DNA of 64,000 bases, from NCBI GenBank assembly GCA_951406725.2, contig OX597838.1, forward strand, positions 33,356,001 through 33,420,000, read 5' to 3'. Below are positions 62,655 to 64,000 of this stretch, piece after piece; the stretch's first letter is position 1; each line of letters begins with the position of its first letter. This DNA is from Octopus vulgaris. Its lineage: Eukaryota. Under the pieces are notes generated by a model. The model searched no databases, was not told the DNA's origin, and saw only the letters and a program-made list of their open reading frames with translations. A program made the position numbers and the translations under genes.

Positions 62655-63050
62655 ACTTTTTACTCTTTTACTTGTTTCAGTCATTTGACTGCGGCCATGC
62701 TGGAGCACTGCCTTTAATCGAGCAACTTGACCCCAGGACTTATTCTTTGTAAGCCCAGTACTTATTCTATCGGTCGCTTTTGCCGAACCGCTAAGTGACG
62801 GGGACATAAACACACCAGCATTGGTTGTCAAGCAATGCTAGGGGGACAAACACACACACAAATACACACACATACATATACATATATACGACGGGCTTCT
62901 TTCAGTTTCCGTCTACCAAATCCACTCACAAGGCTTTGGTTGGCCTGAGGCTATAGTAGAAGACACTTACTCAAGGTGTCACGCAGTGGGACTGAACCCG
63001 GAACCATGTGGTTGGTAAACAAGCTACTTACCACAGAGCCACTCCTGCAC
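62655..63050 (-). mobile_element. Family-1 SINE
   Basis: Matches the consensus. Confidence 0.88.
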
Positions 63051-63436
63051 CATGAAAACCAGGAAAGCAGCCCTTATGACAACATGACTTAAGAAGGTAA
63101 CTAGAAGAGGAGTTCCACATGTGGGTGGACTGAGCCACGAGTCAATCGGGCACTGCCTGACAGCAGGGGGCTCTGAGGGGCCCCACACTCTACATGTTAA
63201 CTCTACTACAATACACATTCAAAATAGCCCGGTAAACAGTTATGCCCGAGGGCCCTTAATACTCTCAGTCTGCCCCTGATGCCACATAAAATACACCCAG
63301 TACACTTTCTAAAGTGGTTGGCATTAGGAATGGCATCCAGTCACAGAAACCATGCCTAAGCTGGCACAGGAGTTCAGCACAGCGCTGTGGCTCGCCAGAA
63401 GCAAGGGGTGGCTATCAAATCTTCTAACCCATACCT

Positions 63437-63655
63437 ATTTCTTTACTACCCACAAGGGGCTAAACACAGAGAGGACAGACAAATGGATTAAGTCGATTAT
63501 ATCGAGCCCAGTGCGTAACTGGTACTTTTGTAATGGACCCCGAAAGGATGGAAGGCAAAGTCGACCTTGGCGGAATTTGAACTGAGAACGTAACGGCAGA
63601 CGAAATACCGTGAAGCATTTCGCCTGGCGCGCTAACGTTTCTGCCAGCTCGCCAC
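63437..63655 (-). mobile_element. Family-2 SINE
   Basis: Matches the consensus. Confidence 0.83.
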
Positions 63656-63794
63656 CTTTTTACCCATACCGGCATGGGATATGAACATTAAATTGTTAAT
63701 GTTGTTGTTGTTGGTGGTGTGATGATGATGATGATGATGATGATGAGTTAATGAAGTAACTGGTCATTTTTTTTTTTTTGTTTTTATTTTCCAG

Positions 63795-64000
63795 TATGAA
63801 ATGATCAAGAAAAGAGTAACGTTGCATGATGTTACACCGGACATGTGGAAGGAGGTTGAGCAGGAATTGATTTGGCAGTTCATAGAAGACCCTTCAGTCC
63901 ACGTGCTCATTATCTACAAGGACCCACTCAACGGCATCATCATTGAACACTGCATTCGAACCGCATTCAATGCCAAACAGTTGTGTTACTTCATCAAGAC
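63795..64000 (+). CDS. DNAH2: DNAH2-like coding exon 3 (runs off the window)
   Basis: Poly-T CCAG acceptor, phase 0; YEMIKKRVTLHDVTPDMWKEVEQELIWQFIEDPSVHVLIIYKDPLNG...QLCYFIK resembles the human DNAH2 N-terminal tail as recalled (..VWTQEHDAILEHFAQDP..ILTIFIDP..QLVYFIR). Confidence 0.75.

Overview
Eukaryotic, AT-rich, repeat-dense animal DNA. The SINE, RTE and microsatellite content points to a cephalopod (Octopus-like) genome, which is an inference. Left half (4.4-33.1 kb): a head-to-tail spliceosomal U5 snRNA array on the + strand. It holds 13 full-length copies in three 5'-flank classes, three 5'-truncated pseudogenes and six Sm-site/3'-hairpin stubs. It was built by a ~7.76-kb tandem duplication plus microhomology deletions. 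Spacer units carry a V-type SINE, a palindromic mariner MITE and, at the same junction in a SINE head, the 5' UTR plus ORF1 of either of two different Tx1/L1-like retrotransposon families. Right half: a putative RFX/FOXJ1-type promoter (~43.7-44.0 kb) and three in-phase coding exons of an axonemal dynein heavy chain resembling DNAH2. Its introns contain nested SINEs, LINE fragments (CR1-like; RTE, including a 5'-inverted copy), DNA-transposon MITEs, foldbacks and long microsatellites. Most ORFs in the supplied track are repeat artefacts. Family assignments come from recalled consensus sequences, not database searches.
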